Below are positions 36,600 through 49,400 of a DNA stretch of 64,000 bases, piece by piece. The stretch spans positions 1 to 64,000 of the forward strand of contig JAMDHS010000024.1 of NCBI GenBank assembly GCA_029717555.1, read 5' to 3'. The notes beneath the pieces are model-generated. The model was not told the origin of the DNA. It worked only from the letters and a program-made list of their open reading frames with translations, and made no database searches. Position 1 is the first letter of the stretch, and every line of letters starts with the position of its first letter. Source of the stretch: Peribolospora baueri (lineage: Eukaryota). The position numbers and the translations under genes were made by a program.

Positions 36600-37504
36600 A
36601 GCGCTGCGCTCTCCGGTCCTTTATCTGATTTCTCATGTTTGGTACCAGAAGCGCATGCAGGACGACAGCGACAGCGACCGACGAGGAAGGCGAAATCAGC
36701 GCAGACGGTCAAGCCAATCGTCCAGATGGGTGGGCGCGTCGTTGTCATGGTAGATGAAGGCGCCTGGCCTGTGCAGTTTGAGATGAAGGAAAGAAAAAAA
36801 GGTACATAAATAAAGAAGGAAGGGCGGAGCGACGTCTTGTCAACGTATTTAAAACCGTCGAGCAAATGTCACGCACCGATGGTCCCTCCCACCTGGTCCA
36901 CTGACACGGTCATTCCGATGGCGAACCGCCCTCTGCGTCTCCGTGAGCGCGTCGTTGCTCGTCCAAGAGACGATGGTGGGAATGGTAGGGTAAGTGCCAA
37001 GGGTGATCAGGAAGGTGGAAAAGTAGCGGACGCGGTTACTGTAGTGCTTGCACCGTGTCAGGACAGCGGCCATTCGACCGAAGACGTCGGTCAAGATGCC
37101 AAAGAGGACTGCGCTGACGGAGACGAAGAGGAGGGTCAAGGTGATGGAGACGATGATGGTGGAGATGGAGCGCTTGTATCGAGCTGAGAGCTCGTCGGTG
37201 ACGAGGTTGACGGCATTGAAGTCGTAGTCGTCTGACGTCCAAGCCGCGCTGGACAGAGAAACATGTTGTTCGCCATCTTCTTTAGCCGAACGCATGAACC
37301 TTTCCGGCGGCGCGACGAAAGGGGCGAGGGGCGAGTCACAGTCCGACCAGAAAGAAGGTCCAGTCCTGCGCGGAGAGGAGGCCGACGACCTTCCAAGGGG
37401 CGGGAGGGCATTACCTTGGGCACCCTCTCGGCGACCAAGACCCCTCGCTCGTCGATCAAGGTATCATTGTTTTCCCAGAGCCTCAAATTTTGCAAGACAC
37501 CCAT
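36600..37504 (-). pseudogene. Degraded chimeric MFS transporter: JEN1-like N-terminus joined to DAL5/TNA1 (ACS)-like C-terminus
   Basis: AWTSDDYDFNAVNL...ITLTLLFVSVSAVLFGILTDVFGR, then RVRYFSTFLITLGTYPTIPTIVSWTSND...TQRAV. Frameshift near 36923 into AIGMTVSVDQVGGTIG, followed by AFIYHDNDAP and a decayed tail. Confidence 0.7.
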
Positions 37505-38322
37505 GCTGGATCGTGCTCCGCGAGAATGAAAAGGACCATCATACTGAAAAAAAAGGGCTCCCGTCGATAAAAAACGTGAAACGAACGGAAACGCGGGACG
37601 CGAAAAAAGGTACATCGACACGACAACGTATCAACACAGCGTTAGTACACATCAACTTATCGTCCAGGCGTTACAGAGCGGAGCGGTCGGCCGTCCCGTC
37701 GTCGACAAACAAGATAAAAGGGAAAAAGGGGGGAAGGAAAAAAGAAAAGAGAAGGGTATGGGGCGGGAGACAAGGGGGTCATCGTTCTTATGGGGCATAT
37801 GCGGTCGGCGACGGCGCGGTGGCGAGGGGAGGGCGCGCAACTGTTCTGACTCAGGGTTAATGAGAAGAGACGGGAGAAAGGCGCACGAACGGACGGGGAA
37901 GTACGGATGGAGGGCCGAGGCAAGCCAAGCCAAGTTAAGTTGAGCAGAGTCGGGAGCCACCGAGAGACGACGAGAGGGAACGGTCTGACGAGCGAGAGCC
38001 GCACGAACCGAGCGGGTCTGGCTTACCACGCCGGGAATCTCTGCTTATCGGGGGTATCGCATTCCACAAGCGGCGGTGTGACGGCGTGAGCGGGTTGGTC
38101 ACTGAGTCACACGTCTTCGCGCTCAGTACTTGGGGCGGCGGCCCCAAGGGCGGTACGAGTCTGCGTGGATGGAAGTAGGGACGAGAGGGAAGGAAAGAGT
38201 AGTCCGGGGAAGGTATGGGGTAAGGCAGGAAGTCTATAATACAGGGGCGACGGACGGACGAGCCGCACCGACTCCCCAATATTTTTTATTTGTTTTTATT
38301 TTTTTTATTTTTCGCTTTTTTT

Positions 38323-39373
38323 TCATACGCCAGCCGGTTTGGCACACTTTCTCTTCTCGATCCTCCCCGTCTTGGGATCTCGCATTTCGCACCAGCTGAT
38401 CGGCTCCATCGGGTTCCCGCCTCCGCCGCCGCCGCCGCTGGCCAACGAGGCGCTGGAGGGATCGGCGAGGGTGAGGAAAGAGGAGGAGACGGCGAAGATG
38501 ACGCCCAGCGAGTTGTGCGCCGTCGAGAGGTAGTACGACCGCGCGTCGCCGAGAGAGATCTGGCCATGGGATGGATGGCCGAGGGGAGCAACACGCGCAC
38601 CATAAATAGTGCCTTGGTGAGCGTTCGCGGCGCTTCCTATGCGACACCTGCACCGAACGGCCACTCACCACACTAGCGCGGACGATGTCTCCCGGCCGAA
38701 AGCACTCCCACACCTTGACCTTGTCCTTCTCCGTCGCGCGGATGTCCTGCACGCGGATCACGCCCTGGAACTCTTCCCGACACGGCCGGCCGTCGACCAC
38801 CTGGATGGAGAGCGTGGCCTGCCGGGATGTTATGCGCGTGATCTTTCCGATGACCTTGAAAAGTCGTACGAGTAAAAAAAAAAATCGGCGGGGGGAGGGG
38901 GGGCAAAACTGTCCATCAGCTCCGACGCCGATCGATGCAGGGAACATTCAAACTCAACGATGTGAGGAATGGGGAAGCCAAGCCTTCAGAAACAAATAGC
39001 GTATAAAATGAAGATTCGCCATCGTCCGCCTCGCGCACGAGTCTGACTCCGACAGCTCCAATATATAGCGGTCATCTCTGGCCAAGCCGAGCGATGGATG
39101 TACACTCGCACACCATCCTCCACCCCAACTCAGCCATGAAAAACAATCCCTACTCACCACGCTCTCAGGCTCCGGAACACCCGCCATCTCCTGTCCGCCC
39201 TTGACGCTCACGACCGCCCCTTGCCTCTCCATCTCTCCCACGAGCGATGAGAGAATGTGCGACCCTCGAGCAAACGTGCCCTCCCCCGGCACAAAGCTCG
39301 GCTGGGACGCTGATTTGGCGAGAGGCAACGGCTGCCCCGGGAGAAGCAGGTTAGACGTATTTGAAGACGACAT
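38323..39373 (-). CDS. CSL4: Exosome cap subunit Csl4, three exons
   Basis: LLLPGQPL...[79 protein letters not shown]. Confidence 0.94.
38981..39083 (-). ncRNA. Probable intronic box C/D snoRNA, U54/SNORD54-like, with two guides antisense to 18S rRNA
   Basis: Lies in the 303-nt CSL4 intron 1 on the same strand. Box C GAGAUGA (39078-39072); UAUUGGAGCUG followed by D'-like CGGA; C'-like ACGAUGG; UUUUAUACGCUAUU; box D CUGA (38989-38986); short GGCC/GGCU terminal stem. Both guides complement the conserved 18S segment CAGCUCCAAUAGCGUAUA. Confidence 0.72.
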
Positions 39374-39619
39374 GGTTGCAAGGCTCTTGCAAGCGCCAAG
39401 CAGGTCAACAACACAAGACCAGACGACGACGACAAGAGCCGCCAGAAGAAAGACCCACCTTGACGGCCGCAGTCGGTAGTCACGTGCCTCAACTACCTAG
39501 GTTGCCGAGGTGGGGGCCCTGCGGAACTTCGGACCGAACCCATGGACCACCATACCCTCCCTTCGTCCCTATAATTTCAAGTCTGGAAACCCCTTCTCTC
39601 CTTCCCCTTAGAGTTTAGG

Positions 39620-41886
39620 ATGTCCAAGATCGTCTCCGACCCTGTCCCGCTCGTATCGTCCCTTGCTTCCATTTACAGCTCGGCGGAGAGCGTGGCGAAG
39701 CAAGGCGAGCGCTGGGACAAGCTCGCTTCCAGCTTCCAGGAGCTTTACGGTACCAAACCGGATTTCGTCGCCAGGGCGCCTGGGAGGGTGAACTTGATTG
39801 GAGAGTGAGTGGAGAGCCGGCCCTGGTTGTGTGGGCGCTCATTGGCGCCTCCTGCTGCTCGATGTTGGGCGAAACGGGGCGTGACTGTGTCGAGCGTTCG
39901 GCGAACTCGATAGCGCGCTGACGGTCGTGGCCCGTACCTATCGCTCAGGCATATCGACTATGTCGGCTTCAGGTAGGTCGAACTGGACCGCCTCGGTGTT
40001 GGACCCGAGTCTCTTCTTGCCGCTCACAATCGTCTCGTCCTGGTCTCGCCTCGCTCAGCGTTTTCCCTGCGGCCATCGAAAAGGACGTGCTGATGGCTGT
40101 GCATGTGAGCCGGCCGACGTCCTACTCCTCAGCCGGCAAGATCCGCTTCCGCCTTTCCAACGTCTCCTCCGCCTTTGCGTCCACCGAGTTCACCTCCTCC
40201 CCTCAGAGTCCGGACGAGGTGACGCTCCACAAGGACGGCGACTCGGTGTGGGCCAACTACTTCAAGGTCGCCCTCAAGGGACTCCACCCTTATCTTCCGC
40301 CCGACCTCCTTTCTCCAGAGCACGCCCCGGCAGAAATTGACGTCCTCGTCGATGGCACCGTCCCGCCGGCCGCCGGTTTGAGCAGCTCCGCAGCCATGAC
40401 CACTTGCAGTTCCATCGTGGTCCTTCAGGCCTTCGGCGCCAGACAGCTCATAGGCCGGTCCCGGATGGCCCAGGTCGCCATCGAAAGCGGTGGGTAACTC
40501 AGACGTTGGTGACACGACTGTGACGGTCCTGTGTTGATGCTCAATTTCCACTTTTGTCCGACTTTGCGCTCGTGCAGAGCGCCTTGTGGGCGTCAACTCT
40601 GGGGGGTGAGCATCGAAGACACCCTCCCCAAGCCAAAGTTCGCCTGGCGCTCACAGCCTTTCCTTTTCCATGTGCGTTCATAGCATGGATCAAGCGGCTT
40701 CCATCTTCTCCGTTCCCGGCCACGCTCTCCACATCAACTTCTCCCCTTCCCTCTCCGCCACTCCGGTCAAGCTCCCTGAGACGGACCCGTCGATCAGCTT
40801 CGTCATCGCCAACACGCTCGTCAAGGCGGACAAGAAGGTCACTGGCCCGAAGAACTACAACCTTCGTGTCGTGGAGACGTGGATCGCCGCTCGCATCTTG
40901 GCCTTGCACCTGGGCCTTGCACAGAAGGGACCGGGAGGGGTCAAAGGCCCGAGGACGCTCCGAGAGGTCGTCAACCGATATTTCGACGCGCACCCGGACG
41001 AGCTCGCCAAGGTTAAAGAGGGCGGCGCACACCCTGCTGGAGACGAGGCGGCCAAGATAAAGTGGCTTGGCGGGGTCCTGGAAGAGGTCATCAAGAAAGA
41101 GGGATACACGAGGGAGGAGGCCGAGAAGGCAACCGGATTCGTGGGCAAGGCGTTTGACGAGGAGTATCTCAGCGCTTTCCCTGGTACGTAGAAGGAGAGC
41201 CAGTTGTCGTGCTGTCTGGTCAACCAACATTTATCGCCCGGCGTTGTCGATGACGAAACTGACGTGACCGACGTCGATTATGACCTCAGTCGTTTACGAC
41301 CGTCTGGCGATCTACAAAAGAGCGACACACGTCCTCTCCGAAGCCGAGCGGGTCTACCTATTCCGCTCCATCGCTACCGCCGCCTCCTCTTCGTCTTCCT
41401 CTTCGTCTTCCTCTTCTTCCTCCCCAGATGTCCTCCACGGTCTGGGTGAGCTGATGAACGCGAGCCAGAAGAGTCTGAAAGAGGACTTTGCGGCGAGCTG
41501 TGTCGAGATCGATGAGCTGTGCGAGATCGCCAGGAGGAACGGCGCCGTGGGCAGCCGGCTGACTGGTGAGTTGGATTTCACCCTGACGTTGCCGTCTTAT
41601 TGCTCTGGTGCTCTCCGCCCTACGACCGCGCCCGTAGTGGAGCGTCGACTGACGGTCTATCTGTCTCACCCTCCTTTCTCCTCGCGCATCTTTCCACCTC
41701 CTCAAAGGCGCAGGCTGGGGCGGATGCACGGTGCACCTGGTCCCGACTCCGCAGGTGCCGTCCTTCATCTCGGCGCTCCGAAAAGACTATTACGCGAAAC
41801 GCTTCCCCAACCTCTCCGAGGAGCAGTTGTGGGACGCACTGTTCGGAACGGGATGCGAGGGAGGCGCTGTGGTTTATGAGGTTTGA
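39620..41886 (+). CDS. GAL1: Galactokinase (GHMP kinase), multi-exon
   Basis: RAPGRVNLIGE|HIDYVG; WANYF; PPAAGLSSSAA; GVNSGG|MDQAAS; YNLRVVE; HVLSEAERV; GSRLTG|AGWGGC; stop TGA at 41884-41886. Confidence 0.93.
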
Positions 41887-42387
41887 GGGGAAAGAGGCGC
41901 TTCCCCCTTCACCGTCGGTCAGATGGCTGGCCGGATGGAGCGAGGGAGGGCCTGAGGCGATGTGTCTCGAGCAGAGGCTTGTATGCACACCACATTCACC
42001 GTCTGATTGACTGACTGTTGGCGGAAAGAAATCGAGTCGCGTCGCGTTGCAGTCATATATTTATTTATTTATTTGCTTTGCCGCCCGTGAACGCGGGCGT
42101 GCCGTGCCGATTGCGTGCGCGAGCCGGCTCCCGCACGCGTCCTGGACGTGCTCGAGCTCCGTCTCCGTCTGCCCGCGGTCGGGCTCGGCTCAGCGGCGGA
42201 CTGGCGGCAGACGAATTTTCGCAGAGCGCCGTTCCCTCCTCTTCCACCCTTGCTCCCATCCTCTGTCCCCTACCATCCACCCCCCTCGTTCGTCCTTGTA
42301 GGCTTCTGCTGCTCGGACTCTCCCTTTCCTCTTCGGCGTCCTCTCCATCCCTCTGTTCCCGTTTCCGTAAACAAAAAATCCGTCAAG

Positions 42388-45300
42388 ATGTGAGCCAACG
42401 CTCGTCGCGACCGCCCGGTGGAAGGCGGGAAAGGGGGTCACTCGAGCCGTGTCCTGCCCAGCGGTCGCTCACCCTTCTGTTTCCCTTCTTTTGCCGTCTC
42501 TTTTCCCACCATGCAGGGTCAAGTTCACCGTGGGCGAGATCCGCGGGCTTATGGACAAGCCGACCAACATCAGGTCAGTTCCCCTTTTTCCGTCGGTGGC
42601 AATCAGGGGCCAGCGAGACAGACGCCGGCCAAGCGAATCTCAATCTCACTCGAGCCTGGTCTTGAATCCATCTTTCCCTGCGATGTCTTTCGAACGAAAT
42701 GAAACAGGAACATGTCGGTCATTGCCCACGGTGTGTACTTCCTTGCCTCTCCGTCCCCGTCTTCGAAGCCATAGAGGATGGAGTGCTCATCTCTCTCCAC
42801 CTCCACTTTCTCTCCTCGTGTAGTCGACCACGGCAAGTCCACCCTCACTGACTCTCTCGTTTCCAAGGCCGGTATCATTGCCACCGCCAAGGCCGGCGAG
42901 GCGCGATACACCGACACCCGTGATGACGAGAAGGAGCGTGGTATCACCATCAAGTCTACCGCCATCTCCATGTACTTCGAGATGGAGAAGGATGACATCT
43001 CGTCGATCAAGCAGAAGACCGAGGGCAACGAGTTCTTGATCAACCTCATCGACTCGCCCGGTCACGTTGACTTCTCCTCCGAGGTCACCGCCGCTCTCCG
43101 TGTCACCGACGGTGCGCTCGTCGTCGTCGACTGCATCGAAGGCGTGTGCGTGCAGACCGAGACCGTGCTCCGCCAGTCTCTGGGTGAGCGCATCAAGCCC
43201 GTCGTCTGCGTTAACAAGGTCGACCGTGCCCTCCTCGAGCTCCAGGTGTCCAAGGAGGACCTCTACCAGACTTTCTCTCGTACCATCGAGTCGGTCAACG
43301 TCGTCATCTCGACGTACAACGACCCCGTCCTCGGCGACGTCCAGGTCTACCCCGAGAAGGGTACCGTCGCCTTCGGCTCCGGTCTCCACGGCTGGGCCTT
43401 CACCCTGCGCCAGTTCGCCGGTCGTTACGCCAAGAAGTTCGGTGTCGACAAGGACAAGATGATGGCCAAGCTCTGGGGCGAGAACTACTTCAACCCCGCG
43501 ACCAAGAAGTGGTCGACCAAGGACACGGATGCCAACGGAAAGCCGCTCGAGCGTGCCTTCAACATGTTCGTCCTCGACCCGATCTTCAAGATCTTCGACG
43601 CTGTCATGAACTTCAAGAAGGACTCCATCGCCCCCATGCTCGAAAAGCTCGACGTCAAGCTCGCCGCGGACGAGCAGGATCTCGAGGGCAAGCAGCTTCT
43701 CAAGACCATCATGAGGAAGTTCCTGCCCGCCGGTGACGCTCTCCTCGAAATGATCGTCATCAACCTCCCTTCGCCTGCCACTGCTCAGCGCTACCGTGTT
43801 GAGACGCTCTACGAGGGCCCGATGGACGACGAGTCCGCCATTGGTATCCGTGACTGCGACCCCAACGGTCCCCTCATGCTCTACGTTTCCAAGATGGTCC
43901 CCACCTCGGACAAGGGCCGCTTCTACGCCTTCGGCCGTGTCTTCTCCGGCACCGTCAGGTCTGGCCCCAAGATTCGCATCCAGGGCCCCAACTACACTCC
44001 CGGCAAGAAGGAAGACCTCTTCGTCAAGTCCATCCAGCGCACCATTCTCATGATGGGTCGCTACATTGAGCCCATCGAGGACTGCCCCGCTGGCAACATT
44101 GTCGGTCTCGTCGGTGTCGACCAGTTCCTCCTCAAGAGCGGCACTTTGACCAGCTCCGAGACTGCGCACAACATGCGCGTCATGAGGTTCAGCGTGTCCC
44201 CCGTCGTGCGAGTCGCCGTCGAGGTCAAGAACGCCAACGACCTTCCCAAGCTCGTCGAAGGTCTCAAGCGTCTCTCCAAGTCCGACCCGTGCGTCCAGAC
44301 CATGATCTCGGAGACCGGTGAGCACATCGTCGCCGGTGCCGGTGAGCTCCACCTCGAGATTTGCTTGAAGGTGAGCGTCCTTTTCGATTTCTCATGCGTG
44401 ATGCCCACGCCCCTCGCGACACTGCCCACTGATGCAATCCTGCTCCCTCCTTCACCGTACAGGACCTCGAGGAGGACCACGCCCAGATCCCCCTCAAGAT
44501 CTCGGACCCCGTCGTCGGCTACCGTGAGACCGTTCAGGCCGAGTCGTCCATGGTCGCCCTGTCCAAGTCGCAGAACAAGCACAACCGTCTCTACGTCAAG
44601 GCTGAGCCGCTCAGCGATGAGCTTTCGAATGACATCGAGGCCGGCAAGGTTGGCGCTCGTGACGATTTCAAGGCCCGTGCCCGCCTGCTCGCCGACGAGT
44701 ATGGCTGGGACGTGTCCGACGCGAGGAAGATTTGGTGCTTCGGCCCCGACACCACGGGCCCGAACCTGCTTGTTGACGTGACTAAGGGTGTCCAGTACCT
44801 CAACGAGATTAAGGACTCTTGTGTCGCTGCCTTCCAGTGGGCCACCAAGGAGGGCGTGTGCGCCGAGGAGAACATGCGCGGTATCCGCTTCAACATCCTT
44901 GACGTCACCCTTCACACCGACGCCATCCACCGAGGTGGTGGACAGATTATCCCCGTCACCCGTCGCGTCTGCTACGCCGCTGCCCTGCTCGCCACCCCTG
45001 GTCTCCAGGAGCCCATCTACCAGGTAAGCGGTCGTATTCGGGTGCGGCACAAAGCGACGCCAACTGACCACAGTCGCCCCTTCTCCTCCAAGGTCGAGAT
45101 CCAGTGCCCGGAGACCGCGCTCGGCGGTATCTACTCCACCCTCAACAAGCGTCGCGGCCACGTCTTCTCCGAGGAGCAGCGCCCCGGCACTCCCATGTAC
45201 ACCGTCAAGGCCTACCTCCCGGTCGCCGAGTCCTTCGGCGTGAGTGTCCCCCTTCTTCATCACTTCGTCCTCCTCCTCTTAACGCTGTTGGCCGTAACTT

Positions 45301-45546
45301 ACGTTGTGTCCGCCACCCGGCCCCGCTTCACTCTCCCTCCCTTCTCGCGCTCAGTTCAACGCGGACCTCCGCGCCCAGACCTCCGGCCAAGCATTCCCCC
45401 AGTCCGTCTTCGACCACTGGGCCCTCATGTCCGGCACGCCGCTCGAGAAGGGCAGCAAACTTGAGCAGCTCGTCGTGGGCATCCGTACTCGCAAGGGTCT
45501 CAAACCCGAAATTCCTTCCCTCGACACGTACTACGACAAGCTCTAG
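42388..45546 (+). CDS. EFT2: Translation elongation factor 2, multi-exon
   Basis: [40 protein letters not shown]; diphthamide loop [12 protein letters not shown]; ends YYDKL*. Confidence 0.98.
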
Positions 45547-46433
45547 ACGGCGATGGCTTGACAACCTCTGGGTCCGGGAGAATTTTCGGACTTCGTCTAC
45601 TAGAGCCCTCTACATGTCGTTCATCTAGCCACACGCAGGTACCTGGCGTGCTCATCTTTGTATTGTCCTACTTGGTGATGAGGTGAAATCGTTCGATGCT
45701 TGGGGGTGGTGTGATCGTGTGGAGAGGCTCTTATTTGTTTTCTGTCCTTTTGACTAGCGGAGAATGTGCACTATTCCTAACTCTCTTACAATATATGAGA
45801 GGTACGGCTTGATAGGAGCAAGGTCGTTTTCTGCCTTGTGCCAGCTGCATGCCTTTGTGGACAGACGACTGTCGTGACGAGTTCTCCAAGTGACAAGCCG
45901 CATGTGGAGTGGAAGCCAGAAGGAGATGCCGGTGCCGCCGGATGCTGATCTCGTCTTGGCTTGGCTGCCGTGCTCCTGGTGGGTGGTTCTCTCACAAGCG
46001 GCCAGAAAGCCCAGGAGAGGAGCGGCGGTCGCAGAACCGTGGCCTGGCAGATCGCTCCCAGCTAGAGAGCGAGAGGGAGGTGGAGGAAGGCATCAGACGA
46101 GACGAGGCGGCCCTGTTTTCGTTCGTATTGGCTTGTGCGCCCTGCTTCTTTCTTCCAGCTAGCCTGCCATTGAGGGGCCCTTAGTGGCATATTGTCGAAC
46201 ATTGAGTACATACACCTCGGCTCATTATCCACACAACATTCGAGTACAACAATCGCTCTCCAGAAAGTGCCAGGTCTTTCAGAAGCCGGTGGTCCGACCG
46301 AGTCCCGGATTGGTATCGTGCGATAGAAGAGAAAGAGCGAGAGAATGAGACTAGGAGGAAAAGACAAATCAGTCATCGTTATCGTCACCGGGGTGGGGAG
46401 GGCGCGCTCGTCGTCCAACCCCGTCTTTCGCTG

Positions 46434-49400
46434 TCATCCTTGCCCCCCTTCCATTCTTTCCCTTGCACCCGCATCAGATTCACTTGGCCGATTATCGTTC
46501 GCTTCGTCTCCGACTCGCCCTTCCCTTCCAGCTTGTGATGAATCACCACGGCCACTATCATCAGCCGCCGCGCCATCGGCCCGCGTCTCAGACGAGCTAG
46601 ATCCAGGTTCGATGGAGTGCTTGAGCTTTGAAGAAGAAGCCCTCCCGGCCAGGCCACCTTGAGCATAAGATTGAGCCCCCGTCCCTGTCGCCGAGCTCGC
46701 TCTCGGCCTCTCGCCTGGCCAGGGCTGAGGTTGGCTCAAACTCGTCGACTTCGAATCGAGCCTAACCGGTCCGGCCCCCTCTCTCGCTATCTTCCCCCCC
46801 ATAGCGACGCCAGCCGCTCCGCCTCGTTTGGGGGAAGATGCGAGTGAAGGCGAGCCAGAAGCGCTGGCGCCGGAAGAAGCAGAGATGAGCAAGTAATGCC
46901 CTGGAGAGAGGCCTGTTGGTATTGCCATCGCTGTGGCGGCCGTGCCAGCCGCCGAGGCTCCTCCAAGTTCTGCGCTCGTCGTACTGGCATGGATTCGACG
47001 TGGTCTGGTACCCACGCCCACTAAGGAGGATTGCGACATTATCCGGTTCACGAGTCCCGATCCTGTCAAGCCGAGATCCGAGCTGGTGGAGCTCCGGTTT
47101 CGCAGGAGAGGGGTGATCTCTCCTGGGATAGAGGACAGGCTCATGCGGAGAAAGGCATTGGGGAGGGAGCTGGATGAGCGAGAAGCACGAGGAGAAGACC
47201 TCGAGCCCGTGCCTGAGCCAGAGACGCGAATTCGAACGGACCCAGCAGGAGGTGCAGCACGACGAAGCGGGGCTGAGGAAGAGACAGACGAAGCGGGGAC
47301 GCCGACGGGGGTAAGGATGGCCATCTGCGGTGTTGTCATCGAGCTTGAGGAAGTATGACGCAAGCGAGACGAGGTGGTCTTGGTCTTCTTCTTCAGGCCG
47401 TCTACGCGGCCCAACTTGGCCTGTTGCCGACCTCCGTCCTCGTCTGCTCGTCGCTCTCCGTGGGTGTCCTCTTGCTCCTCCTCCACGCCTCCTTCCACAC
47501 GATGACGATGCCCGTCCGGCGCCAGTCCCATCTCTTCATCTCCCTCTTCCGCTATCTCTTGTCCCAAGCCTGCATTGCGGGTAAGGAGAAAGACGCCAGA
47601 GAAGATGGTGCAGACGCCGAAGAAAAAATTGAGCAGGCGGTGCGTCTCCAAGTCCTCGAAGTCGCGGTAGAGGATCGCTGAGCCGATGATGGCTGTCGTC
47701 CACGGTTCGGATATCACAAGGATGGTGAGCTTCGACGAATGCAACGTTCATATCGAACGAGGAAATGCAAGATAAGACTTACCGGACAGGGTGAACAAGC
47801 AAAACTGCGTAGGAATGACTTCACGGCTATCGAATCGCTGCAAAGCCCTGTTGAGGTACATGATCTGCATGATCGCTGTTGAAACCAGCACGAGGACGAT
47901 GGGATACGTGATCCACTCGCGGAGGGCGCCTATGAAGCTGTAGTTCAGCACCGAAGAGATTCCTTTCGTTGAAAGGACGGTAAAGCCACCTGCCAAGCGT
48001 ACGTGGAGAATATAAAGCCGGAAGGGCATCAGCTGAACGCCCGCTCCTCGTATCACTGACCTGACCGGACCAAAACAAGGGCTAGCAGCAAAAGAATGCT
48101 TAGGGAACAACGTATCTCACCGAAAACAGCACAAAGCCCCACGTCGACCAAAATCCATCTATCTCCGGCTTCCCTTTCGCTCAAAAAGGCCAGCACGGCC
48201 GCAAGGAAGGCGGAAACGGCGGCGTAGATCAAGAAGACGGTCTGCGTAATCGCGCGGATCAGAGCTTTGGTAGAGAGCTGGAGAGGCAAAAGGATGGCCG
48301 AACAGGTAGGTGAGCCGGTGGAAGACAGAAAGAAACGAGCATGAGACTTAAGGCAGCCTTGACCCGACCCGATTCGCTCACCCTCTTGTCTTGTGACCTA
48401 CTACTGAACACGACAGTGACGGAGCCAATGATTGCAAGCATCATGCCTTTGTTTGGACGTCATGCAGGCAATTTGCGAAACCCAATCAGAGACATGAGGC
48501 GAAGGATCAAGTCAACAGCCAACCTCCACGCTTCCTCGTGTCCACCAATCCCCCTTCCAAACTCAATCAACATAACGGGGCACGGAAGACCCTACTCACC
48601 AAAAATATCCCTCTTTCGGAAGCGCTCTCCAAGCAAGAGCGGCGAAATGATGCAGTTACTCAAGAGTGCCACAGCTCCTAGAGGGGCGACGAGCGAGGCG
48701 GGAGCGAAGCCGTATGCTGCGTTCATTGACATCAGTCGGCAAATTTGAACGGTTTTTCGTCGACAAGGGAGTTGAGCAAGGTGACGTAGAGAAGTATCGG
48801 ATGACAGTGCGGAAAGAAAAGATAAGAAGAAACTCTCTGTCTATCGCAACAGAAAAGGTAGAAAAATAGCGTGGACTCACAAAGAAAGTTTCCCGCTTCC
48901 CCCAGAGCCATCAAGCACAGCCCAGTCCACCAAAGCCTGCTCCTTAGATACAACGCTGGGCCATCGCTTCCTCCTCCCCCGTTCTCCCAGTCCATGTCGC
49001 CAGGGCCGCCCCGGCCGTTCTTGGCGGAGGATTCACTAGCAGAGCGGCGGGAGCGGGAAGGGGAGAGGAGTGAGGCTTTCCGTCGCTGTGAAGATTGAGA
49101 GAATGTGCGATAAGTGTCCGGGTGTGAATCCTCGGGTTGGGAGGACGAACGACGGCGGTTGGACTTGGAAGAAGTGGCGGACGAGAGGGGCAGCGTAGAA
49201 ACGATCATGGTAGGACTCGGGGTGGAAAGAGGAGCATGGCCGTCACGCTCCTCCTCGTCCCCGCTGCGTGCCCTCGCCGTCGCGTCGGACGATGAGGTTC
49301 CAGATCGTCCATCGTCCACTTCACCAACACCATGAGCGACGACGCCCATAAGGTCATGTCCCTCACGTCGGACTGCCAATCCGACCGTCTCGTCTGTGTC

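Noticed and set aside
42787..45263. Long antisense ORFs (521 aa and 400 aa) opposite EF2, and similar shadow ORFs opposite other genes
   Set aside because: Expected by-product of strong C/G third-position codon bias; no independent motifs.
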